From the IMG/VR virus record IMGVR_UViG_3300024581_003238, positions 1 through 64,000 of that record: 64,000 bases of DNA, one strand, 5' to 3'. The position numbers and the translations under genes are program-made. Below, one piece after another: positions 1-9,427 of this stretch. The stretch is from a virus. The notes beneath the pieces were generated by a model that did not search any database, had not been told where the DNA came from, and saw only the letters and a list, made by a program, of their open reading frames with translations. Position 1 is the first letter of the stretch, and every line of letters begins with the position of its first letter.

Positions 1-1
1 T

Positions 2-1732
2 CAAAACCATTTATGTACTTACGGTGCTAATAATTGGAATGCCAATACAAGACAGACAACAGGTGACCCCAACAACCCACAAACAGGTGATAGATTCTAC
101 GCGGGTGGATTCCCTATTGATACCCCACAAAATGTTTTACATTTTTATCCTAATAATCTTTCAATTTCTAATTGGAGTTGGATAGAAGTAGGTAGTGATG
201 GGTACATTACTGTTTCAGGATTTACGTGTAGTACACCAACACCTACATCAACTGATGTTCCTGAACCAACACCTACTGATACACCAGTACCAACTAGTAC
301 AGTAGAACCTACACCAACTAGTACAGTAGAACCTACACCAACTAGTACACCTAATCCACCGACTTACTCATTGAGTAGTACTAATAGTAGTCCTGAGGGG
401 GGTAATTTAACATTTACATTAACAACCACTGGATTACAGGATGGTGACATAGTCCCATTTACATTAAGTGGTACTGCGACAATAGGTGACGATTATTCTG
501 ATGTTAACCCAAAAGAGTTTGAAATTACCAACAATTCGTCGACATACACGGTAACAACATTCCAAGATAATATTACAGAAGGGGGTGATGAAACAATTGT
601 ATTGACATTAGATACGGTTGACAATCAAGGAAATTATACGGGTGGTATTGCTAGAACTGCATTTATTGGAGATACGTCTCTTACACCTACCCAAACACCT
701 GAACCAACATCTACTCAAGGACCAACACCCACAAGTACAGTAGAACCCACACCAACACCGGCACCATCTACTCCAACACCAACACCAACAGTTTCTTTAA
801 CATGTTTAGATGGTGATAACGATAATACCGTAAACTATGCTGAAATTCAATTTGGGGCGGGTAATTATTATATTTTTAATGGGAACTACGATACGTACCA
901 CACCAATACGGGCACTTATCTATTAAAAAATGTTTCTATTAGTCACCCAATAACAGTACTAAATAATGGTAAGGAAAGTTTAATTTATGTTGATGGTACA
1001 CATGCGGGAACTAAAATAGGTTCTGACGGAAATTCATATAGTTATTACTATGGAGACGTAATCATAACTGTCCAAGGAAATTATGGAACGGTAAGTTACG
1101 AATGTTACTACCATGGTTATATGGGTGGCCAGGATAACCTTGTATTCAGTAATACATGTCCAATATTCCCAACACCTACACCAACTAGTACGGTTGAACC
1201 TACGGCAACACCAGTACCACCAACACCTACGGCAACTGTAGAACCTACACCAACAAGTACAGTAGAACCAACACCTACAAGTACAGTGGAACCTACACCA
1301 ACAAGTACAGTGGAACCTACACCTACACCATCAGCAACTGAGACTATTAACCCAACTCCAACACCAACAGTACCTCCTAGTCAAACACCTCAACCTACAC
1401 CTACGAGTACGGTAGAGCTTACACCAACTCCGACATCAACTGTAGAACCCACACCAACAAACACTCCGGTACCTACTAGTTCGAGTACACCAGTACCAAC
1501 TAGTACAGTAGAACCTACACCAACTAGTACGGTTGAACCTACACCAACTAGTACTGATGTACCACAACCAACACCTACACCAACTAGTACGGTTGAACCA
1601 ACACCTACGGCAACACCAGTACCACCAACATCAACTCCAACACCAACACCTACATCAACACAGGTTGCCGTGGGTCCAACACCAACACCAACGGTTGATG
1701 CCGCTAATACGATATTTGTTTATTACCCATAA
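2..1732 (+). CDS. 5'-truncated Pro/Thr-rich modular virion surface protein (Calx-beta-like domain, cupredoxin-like domain, PTSTVEPT repeats)
   Basis: Frame is open from base 2 with no stop before the 371 TTG, so the gene starts upstream of the window. Calx-beta-like segment EGGNLTFTL..LSGTATIGDDY..DNITEGGDETIVLTL; HP...CYYHGYMGG motif; long PT linkers. Confidence 0.75.
   Translation, partial: QNHLCTYGANNWNANTRQTTGDPNNPQTGDRFYAGGFPIDTPQNVLHFYPNNLSISNWSWIEVGSDGYITVSGFTCSTPTPTSTDVPEPTPTDTPVPTSTVEPTPTSTVEPTPTSTPNPPTYSLSSTNSSPEGGNLTFTLTTTGLQDGDIVPFTLSGTATIGDDYSDVNPKEFEITNNSSTYTVTTFQDNITEGGDETIVLTLDTVDNQGNYTGGIARTAFIGDTSLTPTQTPEPTSTQGPTPTSTVEPTPTPAPSTPTPTPTVSLTCLDGDNDNTVNYAEIQFGAGNYYIFNGNYDTYHTNTGTYLLKNVSISHPITVLNNGKESLIYVDGTHAGTKIGSDGNSYSYYYGDVIITVQGNYGTVSYECYYHGYMGGQDNLVFSNTCPIFPTPTPTSTVEPTATPVPPTPTATVEPTPTSTVEPTPTSTVEPTPTSTVEPTPTPSATETINPTPTPTVPPSQTPQPTPTSTVELTPTPTSTVEPTPTNTPVPTSSSTPVPTSTVEPTPTSTVEPTPTSTDVPQPTPTPTSTVEPTPTATPVPPTSTPTPTPTSTQVAVGPTPTPTVDAANTIFVYYP
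290..1610 (+). repeat. Dispersed and tandem 24-bp coding repeats (CCAACTAGTACAGTAGAACCTACA-like, PTSTVEPT)
   Basis: Near-identical 24-nt units in clusters at about 290-350, 1180-1325 and 1495-1610. Confidence 0.85.
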
Positions 1733-1745
1733 AATTAATTAGATC

Positions 1746-3995
1746 ATGACAAACGATAAAATAATAGAAATAACGTCACAATTAAATCGAACAACTACTG
1801 AAGATATTGTTTCGGTTTCATATGGTACAAAAACCGTAAATGGTAAATTAACAAGTGAAAAATCTATAGTCTTTACTGTTAAAGAAAAAAAACCTTTAGA
1901 GGATATTGATGAATCAGATAGATTACCATCAACAGTAGAGATAGACGGTGAAACAATTAAAACCGACGTTATTGAAGGTGAGGTGATGACTCAACAGAGT
2001 TACGCACAAACATGTGATCCACAATTTTATTCGTGGCAAGGAACACCACCAGCCAATAGAAATGTTCACAGACCATTAATGGGTGGTGTCTCAATGACCA
2101 ATTGGGACTCATTAGGTGGTTTTGTAGGAACGATGGGTTTTATTGCAGTGGATAACGAAGATAACACTTTAGTTGCGGTTTCGAATAACCACGTTTTAGT
2201 TAACGACGCGTTTTTAACAAGTGAAAGGAACCCTAACGATATAAGAACTAACGTATTCCAAAATTTGTGTACACAACCTAACGATGGTGCAAACATGGGT
2301 CCAAATTTTAAGGTAGGTGTGGTGAAAAAATATGAACCTATTAGTTCTAACAACAAATCTGATTGTGCTTTGATGGCCATAGACGATATTAGTTTAATTG
2401 ATCCCTCGGTTTCATGGAATCAATTCGGCATTACAGGTATGACTCAAGCACCAAGATTTGCAACTACTCAGGAAATAAATACTATGTTAGAGAACCCATC
2501 TCAACAATATTATATATCGAGTAGAACAACAGGGGCTAAGGGACAACAAGATACTAAACTTTTAAACTATGCTTTAGGTAGTTCTGTTTTACTAGGTTAT
2601 AAAAAACAAGGTGTATTAACTAACGTATATATGGACGATACATTTGAATTAGTTGCAAGTGGTTCTACAACCCCCGCAGGTGATTTATGTATTTGGCCCT
2701 CAGCAGGTGGAGATTCGGGATCTGCGGTTTTATCCATAGTAAATGATGATTTTGTTATTGTTGGTCTTTTATACGGTGGAAGGTATATTTGGCAAGATGA
2801 TCAACAGGTGGGTATACATACCTTATGTAACAGAATCGATAATATTGTAAATGATCTTAATATACGCGCATGGGATGGTACTTTTAATGGAGTTACTGTA
2901 AATAATACGGGAGGTCCATTAACACATGTTGTTAGTGGTACAAGTAATCAGAAAAAAATGAAGGTTGGTGGTCTTACATATTGGCAACATGGTTTGGTTA
3001 ATGATTCTGAGATGCAACCTGACCCGACACCAGTTCCAACAGCCACACCAACAGCGACACCATTTCCAACAGCAACACCAGTACCACCAACATCAACTCC
3101 CGCACCAACACCTACATCAACGGTGGCACCTACCCCAACGGCAACACCAGTTCCTCAACCAACAGCAACGGCAGAACCAACACCTACACCACAAACAACC
3201 CAATTCACTCTCGCCCTTAATAGAGAAAATGTTTGTACTGTGGGTCAAGTAATATTAGAAATAAATAATGTACAGCAAGGTGCGACTATTAATATTATTG
3301 AGGGTGGTGTTCTTACATCCCCATCTTTGAGAAATGTAACAGTTACTGTGGGTGACGTAATAAGGGTTAGATATAAATCGGCTAACAATACTAATTCGTG
3401 TAGTGAGTACGATACAACATATGTTTCTCTGAATGATACAGTTACAGGAAATGTATTATCCGCAGCATCACAGAATACATCATTATATACTGATTATGTT
3501 CACACAGTTCAAGTTTCTGACACAAACATTAGTTGGACCGTTGAAATGTACAACGATGTTGAACCGGCATCACCAACTCCGACACCAACAAGTACACAGA
3601 TTTCAGTAGAATCAACACCAACACCAACACCTACAGGAACTCTTGCACCAGACCCAACACCAACAGCGACTCCTAATGAATCGTTGAATACATATTATGT
3701 AACCGTGGAGAGATCTAGTTTAAATGACTTTTGTAATACTAACTACACAATAACAACACAAGTTCAAAGTAGTGGGACTAGTACATCTCAATTATTAGAT
3801 ACGACTTTATATGACAGAGATGGAAATATTTTCGAGGGTGACTCAACAAAGTATATGGTGGTTAGTGAGACTACAGGTGATACAGAATCAATAGTTAATC
3901 CGTGGAGATACATCTCAGTAAATTCAAGTGGTTCAGTTGTAAATAACGGATCACACGTTTGTGATGGTGATGGTGGAGACATATTTAACGGTTAA
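1746..3995 (+). CDS. Trypsin-like (S1, Nal1-like) serine protease fused to PT linkers and two small Cys-containing beta domains
   Basis: Triad motifs SNNHVL, SDCAL and GGDSGS; N-terminal pro-region VFTVKEKKP..LPSTVEIDG..KTDVIE. Confidence 0.8.
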   Translation: MTNDKIIEITSQLNRTTTEDIVSVSYGTKTVNGKLTSEKSIVFTVKEKKPLEDIDESDRLPSTVEIDGETIKTDVIEGEVMTQQSYAQTCDPQFYSWQGTPPANRNVHRPLMGGVSMTNWDSLGGFVGTMGFIAVDNEDNTLVAVSNNHVLVNDAFLTSERNPNDIRTNVFQNLCTQPNDGANMGPNFKVGVVKKYEPISSNNKSDCALMAIDDISLIDPSVSWNQFGITGMTQAPRFATTQEINTMLENPSQQYYISSRTTGAKGQQDTKLLNYALGSSVLLGYKKQGVLTNVYMDDTFELVASGSTTPAGDLCIWPSAGGDSGSAVLSIVNDDFVIVGLLYGGRYIWQDDQQVGIHTLCNRIDNIVNDLNIRAWDGTFNGVTVNNTGGPLTHVVSGTSNQKKMKVGGLTYWQHGLVNDSEMQPDPTPVPTATPTATPFPTATPVPPTSTPAPTPTSTVAPTPTATPVPQPTATAEPTPTPQTTQFTLALNRENVCTVGQVILEINNVQQGATINIIEGGVLTSPSLRNVTVTVGDVIRVRYKSANNTNSCSEYDTTYVSLNDTVTGNVLSAASQNTSLYTDYVHTVQVSDTNISWTVEMYNDVEPASPTPTPTSTQISVESTPTPTPTGTLAPDPTPTATPNESLNTYYVTVERSSLNDFCNTNYTITTQVQSSGTSTSQLLDTTLYDRDGNIFEGDSTKYMVVSETTGDTESIVNPWRYISVNSSGSVVNNGSHVCDGDGGDIFNG

Positions 3996-4011
3996 TAATG
4001 TAAAGTATGGA

Positions 4012-4018
4012 TATTTAT
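4012..4018 (+). promoter_or_regulatory. TATTTAT putative late promoter motif, 4 nt before ATG
   Basis: The same motif recurs upstream of 13 genes, almost all structural. Confidence 0.65.
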
Positions 4019-4022
4019 TGAT

Positions 4023-4391
4023 ATGGAATTTTTTATAAGAAAAGGAGCAACAGACCCAATGTTAAAATTAAGATTATCTGACGATGGTCGTAATGATAAA
4101 TCATCTCTAAATGATTTATTAGAAAATGCGGACATTCGTTTTGATATGATTGAAATAGAAACTGAAATTCCACATATATTAAGTGAACCATGTGTTTTAA
4201 CTACAAGAACCAAGAAATACGATCAGACTACCGACGAATATTATATAACTTTTAGGTTTAATGAAAACCAAACAAAAGATATCGGTAAGTATGAAGGAAT
4301 TGTAACAATACAGTTCAGAGATACAGACCTTAACCCAACAAACAAACTTATTGTTCCAATTAAGGAAAAACTATTCATTAACATCATTTAA
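4023..4391 (+). CDS. BppU N-terminal-like small beta-sandwich structural protein
   Basis: FFIRKGATDPMLKLRL...T..IGKYEG.VTIQF pattern resembles BppU_N-type domains; has the late motif upstream. Confidence 0.5.
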   Translation: MEFFIRKGATDPMLKLRLSDDGRNDKSSLNDLLENADIRFDMIEIETEIPHILSEPCVLTTRTKKYDQTTDEYYITFRFNENQTKDIGKYEGIVTIQFRDTDLNPTNKLIVPIKEKLFINII

Positions 4392-4443
4392 TTTTTCCTC
4401 AAAACCCGCCACACATATATGATACGAATGTATCCAGTGGACC

Positions 4444-4474
4444 TTGATATTTTAATATATTATTTGTATATTTG
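4444..4474 (+). promoter_or_regulatory. Host-RNAP-type promoter for the DNA polymerase gene (TTGATA-17-TATATTTG)
   Basis: TATATTTG matches the Bacteroidota -7 consensus TAnnTTTG, with TTG 20 nt upstream. Confidence 0.6.
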
Positions 4475-4536
4475 TAATAGTATAAGACTAACTATCCAAC
4501 TAAGGGTAAGCTAATGTGTCATCCAATATTATTACA

Positions 4537-7422
4537 ATGAAAGAAATCATCTCACAAGAGGTTATTGAAGAATTCCTCAATGGTGCGGATCCTGAAGAGT
4601 ATATTACAGGACTAGAATATGAATACCGTACCAACACAATTTACAAAATCATACAACATCCTGAAAAGGGTAAAATCATAAGGAAGGATACCCTAACCGC
4701 ATTCCTATGGGTTGATGATTTAACAGGTTTAAATTTTTATGGAGATAGTAAAGCCAGACAACGTCAGAAAATGACGGAGTATGGGATCACCATTGAAGTT
4801 TTAGAAACAGAGGACAATGAAAGACTTCAAAATGGTTTCAAGTATTTAGTAAAAAGTAGTAAAGGTTATAGAGATCTATTAAGTTTCTTTAGACAAGGTG
4901 GTTTAAATCCTTGGGATGAAGATGTTAGAAAACATTTCATTTTACTTAACCCTAAAGAACAATACCTAATACAAAAAGAAAAAAGATTATTTAAAGGTAT
5001 TGAGGAATATGAAGACGTACATAGACTTGTTTTTGATATTGAGACCACAGGTCTTGAACCAGAAACCGATAAAATCATTCTGATTGGTCTAAAAGATAAT
5101 AGGGGATTTCTTAAAATAATTAATGCGTTTGGGGAAGACGGTGAAAAAAACTGTATACTTGAATTCTTTAAATGTGTGGAAGAACTTAAACCAACAATTT
5201 TTTCAGGTTATAACTCCGCATTTTTCGATTTTCCTTTTATTATTAAAAGGGCGGAAATATTAGGTATTGATATTGAGGAACATACTAAGGTTTTTATAGA
5301 TCAAGGTATGAAAGAGAGAGAGGGTATGTTAAAACTCGCAAACGAGGTGGAAACCTACACCCAACATATGATTTGGGGTATGAATATTCTCGATATTGCA
5401 CATTCAGTACGAAGAGCTCAGGCAATCAATTCAGAAATAAAGTCTTGGGGATTGAAGTATATAACTAAGTACTTAGGTGCCGAAAAACAAAATAGGGTTT
5501 ATGTTGATGGTGCGTGGATTTCTAAAATTTATTTAGATAATGAAAGTTACTATGTGAATCCTAAAACAGGTAACTACAAAAAAATTGGGGATTCAGGTAC
5601 CGATGGTTTGTTAGAAAAGTATCCAGGTAAATTTGAAGTTTGGACGGGTAGAAAAATTGTAGAACAATATCTTGATGACGATTTATATGAAACAATGGTG
5701 GTTGACGAGTCATTTAGTCAATCAACATTCTTACTTTCTAAAGTGGTACCTACCACATACGAACGTATTTCTACCATGGGTACTGCAACATTATGGAAAC
5801 TAATAATGTTAGCGTGGTCATACAAACACAACCTTGCAGTACCTGCAAAACAAGATAGGAGAGCAATTACAGGTGGTTTGTCTCGTCTACTTGCGGTAGG
5901 ATACTCTGAAAAGGTTGTTAAATTTGACTATTCTTCACTTTATCCTTCTATACAGTTAGTTTATGATGTGTTTCCTGATTGTGACGTTATGGGGGTACAA
6001 AAATCTATGTTAAAGTATTTTAGGGATGTTCGTATTAATTATAAAAAATTGGCGGCGGAACATTATAAAACTGACCCCGAATTATCACAAAAATATGATC
6101 GTAAACAATTACCTATAAAAATATTTATTAATGCTTATTTTGGTTCTTTATCGGCCCCTCACGTATTTCATTGGGGTGATATGGATATGGGTGAAACAAT
6201 TACATGTGTCGGTAGACAATGTCTACGTATGATGATTATGTTCTTTAAGAAGAAAGGATATAAAGCACTTGTAATGGATACAGATGGTGTTAACTTTTCT
6301 TGTCCTGACGATGTAGAGGATAGAGTTTATGTATCTAAAGGTTTAAATGAATTGGTTGTTGAAGGGAAAACCTATAGAGGGGCCGAGGCCGACACTGCAG
6401 AATTTAATGATATTTTCATGAGGAACGAAATGGGTCTCGATATTGATTATGTTGCTCCCTCCACAGTTAATGTTGCACGTAAGAATTATGTACTTAAAAA
6501 ACCGAGTGGTGGTCTTAAGTTAACAGGTAACACAATTAAATCAAAAAACTTACATGGGTACATTGTTGATTTCTTAGATGAAAGTTTAAAACTTATGTTG
6601 GACGGTAAGGGTCAAGAGTTTTTAGAGGTCTACTATAATTACATTAGTAAAATTTATAATAAAGAAATACCCTTAGCGAAGATTGCAAATAAATCGAGAG
6701 TAAAACAATCTGTCGAAAATTATTTAAAATCAATGAAAACCAAAACTAAAAGTGGTGCGTCTAAAGCAAGACAAGCACATATGGAATTAGTAATTAAGAA
6801 TAATTATCCTGCGGGTCTTGGGGAAACTATATTTTATGTAAATAACGGTACACGAAAAGGTGATGGTGATGTACAAAAAATAACTAAACCAACTAAGAAA
6901 TTCCAAAAAGAATATCTTGAAGAACACGGGGTTCCAGTTCCTGAGAACTATATTAAAATCAACTCTTTTATGATTACAGAAAAGGAGTTAACCGAAAATC
7001 CTGATATGACAGGTGATTATAATGTTGCAAGGTATATCAATACGTTTAATAAACGAATTGAACCTCTTTTAGTTGTATTCCATCCTGATATTAGAAGTGA
7101 CATTTTAATAGAAAACCCTGACGATAGACCATTCTTCACATCTAACCAATGTAAATTGGTAAACGGTTTCCCTATGAAGGAAGGTAGTCAGGACAGTTTT
7201 GAGGAGGTTATGACACTTTCTGATAGTGAGGTACTCTTTTGGAAAAAGATCGGTAGAGACCCTTATTTTATGTATTTAGAAGATAGTCTTGATCATGTTG
7301 ACCCTTATTGGGTTAAAAAGAATAGGGACGCTGTAGACTTTAAAGTTGAAAGTATTCCGTCTCAAGATGGTGATTTAATTGAACGTAATGGTCACGATTA
7401 TGCGACCCATACCGATATTTAG
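4537..7422 (+). CDS. Family B DNA polymerase with 3'-5' exonuclease domain
   Basis: ExoI FDIETTG, ExoII YNSAFFDF, motif A DYSSLYPS, motif B KIFINAYFG, motif C MDTDG. ATG 4537 preferred to GTG 4516. Confidence 0.95.
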   Translation: MKEIISQEVIEEFLNGADPEEYITGLEYEYRTNTIYKIIQHPEKGKIIRKDTLTAFLWVDDLTGLNFYGDSKARQRQKMTEYGITIEVLETEDNERLQNGFKYLVKSSKGYRDLLSFFRQGGLNPWDEDVRKHFILLNPKEQYLIQKEKRLFKGIEEYEDVHRLVFDIETTGLEPETDKIILIGLKDNRGFLKIINAFGEDGEKNCILEFFKCVEELKPTIFSGYNSAFFDFPFIIKRAEILGIDIEEHTKVFIDQGMKEREGMLKLANEVETYTQHMIWGMNILDIAHSVRRAQAINSEIKSWGLKYITKYLGAEKQNRVYVDGAWISKIYLDNESYYVNPKTGNYKKIGDSGTDGLLEKYPGKFEVWTGRKIVEQYLDDDLYETMVVDESFSQSTFLLSKVVPTTYERISTMGTATLWKLIMLAWSYKHNLAVPAKQDRRAITGGLSRLLAVGYSEKVVKFDYSSLYPSIQLVYDVFPDCDVMGVQKSMLKYFRDVRINYKKLAAEHYKTDPELSQKYDRKQLPIKIFINAYFGSLSAPHVFHWGDMDMGETITCVGRQCLRMMIMFFKKKGYKALVMDTDGVNFSCPDDVEDRVYVSKGLNELVVEGKTYRGAEADTAEFNDIFMRNEMGLDIDYVAPSTVNVARKNYVLKKPSGGLKLTGNTIKSKNLHGYIVDFLDESLKLMLDGKGQEFLEVYYNYISKIYNKEIPLAKIANKSRVKQSVENYLKSMKTKTKSGASKARQAHMELVIKNNYPAGLGETIFYVNNGTRKGDGDVQKITKPTKKFQKEYLEEHGVPVPENYIKINSFMITEKELTENPDMTGDYNVARYINTFNKRIEPLLVVFHPDIRSDILIENPDDRPFFTSNQCKLVNGFPMKEGSQDSFEEVMTLSDSEVLFWKKIGRDPYFMYLEDSLDHVDPYWVKKNRDAVDFKVESIPSQDGDLIERNGHDYATHTDI

Positions 7423-8537
7423 ATCATATTAAAAGGAGAAGGCATTGCTCTGTATTTTAGAGACTTATTTAAACTTTCTGCCTCATTACCTTTTCTTTCT
7501 AACATTTTGTCAGGTCTTAATCTCTCTAATCTTTGGGTCAGTTCTTCTATAAGTTTTAATTTCTCATCTTTACCCTCAGTAAGTAGTGAAGTGTAATCTA
7601 ATTTTACTTGACTGTCGGGTACTTGTAATTCTCCTGAAAATTTAGAGTATACCCTACCTAAACCTTCTTTAGAATATGCTATCAAATACTTACGAACCCA
7701 ATTTTGTGCGGGTCTATTAAGTTCCTCCCATGTTAATTCTTCAGTTGCAATGTCGGAAGGTAATTTAACTACATCTTTATTTTTGTCTAAACAATCATCT
7801 CTGTCATTGGTGTCATAATACCAATACCAAACATAATAATTATGTTGTTGGATAGAACCAAAATCGAACCTACCACCCGGTACATTAGATAAATGTATAT
7901 ATTTCTTACCCTCAGGTCCTGCGGTTATACGATAAGTCATTTCACCACCGATTAGACGGTTTTTAATGTTCCTATCTTGCATACGAGATAATAAATCATA
8001 AGCGGGTAACATAAAGTAAGAACCTGAAGTCCCCATTTGGGCAAAACCACCTACACCACCAGAACCTACACCACCAAGACCACCGAATCCACCTAAAAAT
8101 GGATCCACAATGGAGTCAGTCAATTCTGCACGTGTAAACCATAACAGTTCATTTATTTCACGACCTGCGGGTATCTCATATACCTGTTGATTTCGAACAA
8201 GTTCTATTTTGTCTTTCTTTAATTCGGAATCACCACCCGCTTGTAAACCAACAATTTTTGAGTATGCATGTGAATATTGTGTCTCGTAATCTAAAGATCT
8301 CGTAGTGAATGCTCGTGTTAATGATTGTGTGTCAACGTCTAACCCAGCTAAAGACGACCATTGAGATTCAATTAACCAATCACTTACGTATTGTTCATAT
8401 TCGTCGAGGGCTAACTCTAAAAATGTGTCCATCTGTTCTTCAGTCAGTTCTATTGACCTAATAGGCATACCTAAAAGGTGAAAAACTTGAGAATATAACT
8501 TGTCTCGATTTGTTGGTGTGATAATAGTGCTTGCCAT
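7419..8537 (-). CDS. Neck / head-tail adaptor protein (T4 gp13-like)
   Basis: N-terminal LG.P...IELTEEQ and C-terminal WVRKY..A..KE.LGRVYSKF.G, typical of gp13-like neck proteins. Confidence 0.75.
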   Translation of the reverse strand: MASTIITPTNRDKLYSQVFHLLGMPIRSIELTEEQMDTFLELALDEYEQYVSDWLIESQWSSLAGLDVDTQSLTRAFTTRSLDYETQYSHAYSKIVGLQAGGDSELKKDKIELVRNQQVYEIPAGREINELLWFTRAELTDSIVDPFLGGFGGLGGVGSGGVGGFAQMGTSGSYFMLPAYDLLSRMQDRNIKNRLIGGEMTYRITAGPEGKKYIHLSNVPGGRFDFGSIQQHNYYVWYWYYDTNDRDDCLDKNKDVVKLPSDIATEELTWEELNRPAQNWVRKYLIAYSKEGLGRVYSKFSGELQVPDSQVKLDYTSLLTEGKDEKLKLIEELTQRLERLRPDKMLERKGNEAESLNKSLKYRAMPSPFNMI

Positions 8538-8539
8538 AC

Positions 8540-8570
8540 TTGATTTATTAATATAAATAGTTTATATTTA
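8540..8570. promoter_or_regulatory. Overlapping divergent promoters: TTGATT-17-TATATT (+, for 8591) and TATTTAT (-, for the neck gene)
   Basis: TTGATT 8540-45, TATATT 8563-68; ATAAATA 8553-59 reads TATTTAT on the minus strand. Confidence 0.55.
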
Positions 8571-8590
8571 AGAAAAATAGTCTACAAAAT

Positions 8591-9427
8591 TTGGATTTAG
8601 AGAAATTAAGAGTCAAACATCGTAAAACCATTAACGTATGGGAACACATTCATCAAAACAGTCATTTGAATGGGATTTTTAAAGACGCGATAAACCAAAT
8701 CATAAAAAATACCCATTCCTCAGACACAGAAAGATGGAGAAAACCCATGGGTGACATTGGTTGGGGTTATTACGATTATGATGAAGACACAAAATCCTAC
8801 ACTAAAAGAAGTGGTATAAATTTTATTAATACGGGGTATAGTTACCAAGGGTATATAGAGTCAGTATTAAAAAATAGATTTAACGTACAGTTTCCTTATA
8901 GGACCGACGAAAGAGGATTTTTTATTAAGGAGACCGTAGAGGAAACAATTCAACAGTTTTGTTATTATCTCGAATTATATAAAGATTACATTCTATTTGA
9001 TGGTGAGATAAAAAATCATATAGAAACGATAAATGAAAGATTACTTAAAATATCGACTAGATCTGAAAAACTAATTGAGGATAAACATAAACTTATATGG
9101 CCCGAGTCTATCGATTATAAAACATTTACAGGTGGTGGAGGTAACGTTAAGGACTTTAATGGTATTGATGGTGAAGTGGTCTTTGAGGAGTATGTAAAGT
9201 CTGTACAATGTAAAGAGGTTAGTTATATTGAAGAAAACGAAGATAGAATTATAGTTAGTCTTACAATGTCGTATAAAAAATATCTACATGTTGATTATTA
9301 CGCGTTCACTAACGATAAGAAATATATTGTTTTTAAAAATGATTCTAATGGAATTGAAGTTTTGGAGTCTTTAAGTGGTAATATATACTCATTCAATAAG
9401 GATTTGATTGTTAGTACTAACTTTTAA
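8591..9427 (+). CDS. Hypothetical protein with C-terminal PD-(D/E)XK-like nuclease motif
   Basis: GGG..KDFNGIDG...KSVQCKE fits a D..G.D / QxK variant; TTG start. Confidence 0.5.
   Translation: MDLEKLRVKHRKTINVWEHIHQNSHLNGIFKDAINQIIKNTHSSDTERWRKPMGDIGWGYYDYDEDTKSYTKRSGINFINTGYSYQGYIESVLKNRFNVQFPYRTDERGFFIKETVEETIQQFCYYLELYKDYILFDGEIKNHIETINERLLKISTRSEKLIEDKHKLIWPESIDYKTFTGGGGNVKDFNGIDGEVVFEEYVKSVQCKEVSYIEENEDRIIVSLTMSYKKYLHVDYYAFTNDKKYIVFKNDSNGIEVLESLSGNIYSFNKDLIVSTNF

Noticed and set aside
1533-3252. Gln/His-rich short ORFs 1533-1742 and 2965-3252
   Set aside because: Alternative-frame readings of CCA/ACA repeats inside longer genes.
4408-4536. Small hairpins upstream of the polymerase (GATAC-GAAT-GTATC; TATCC/GGGTA) as a gp43-like translational operator
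   Set aside because: The stems are only 5 bp and could arise by chance; unsupported without comparative data.
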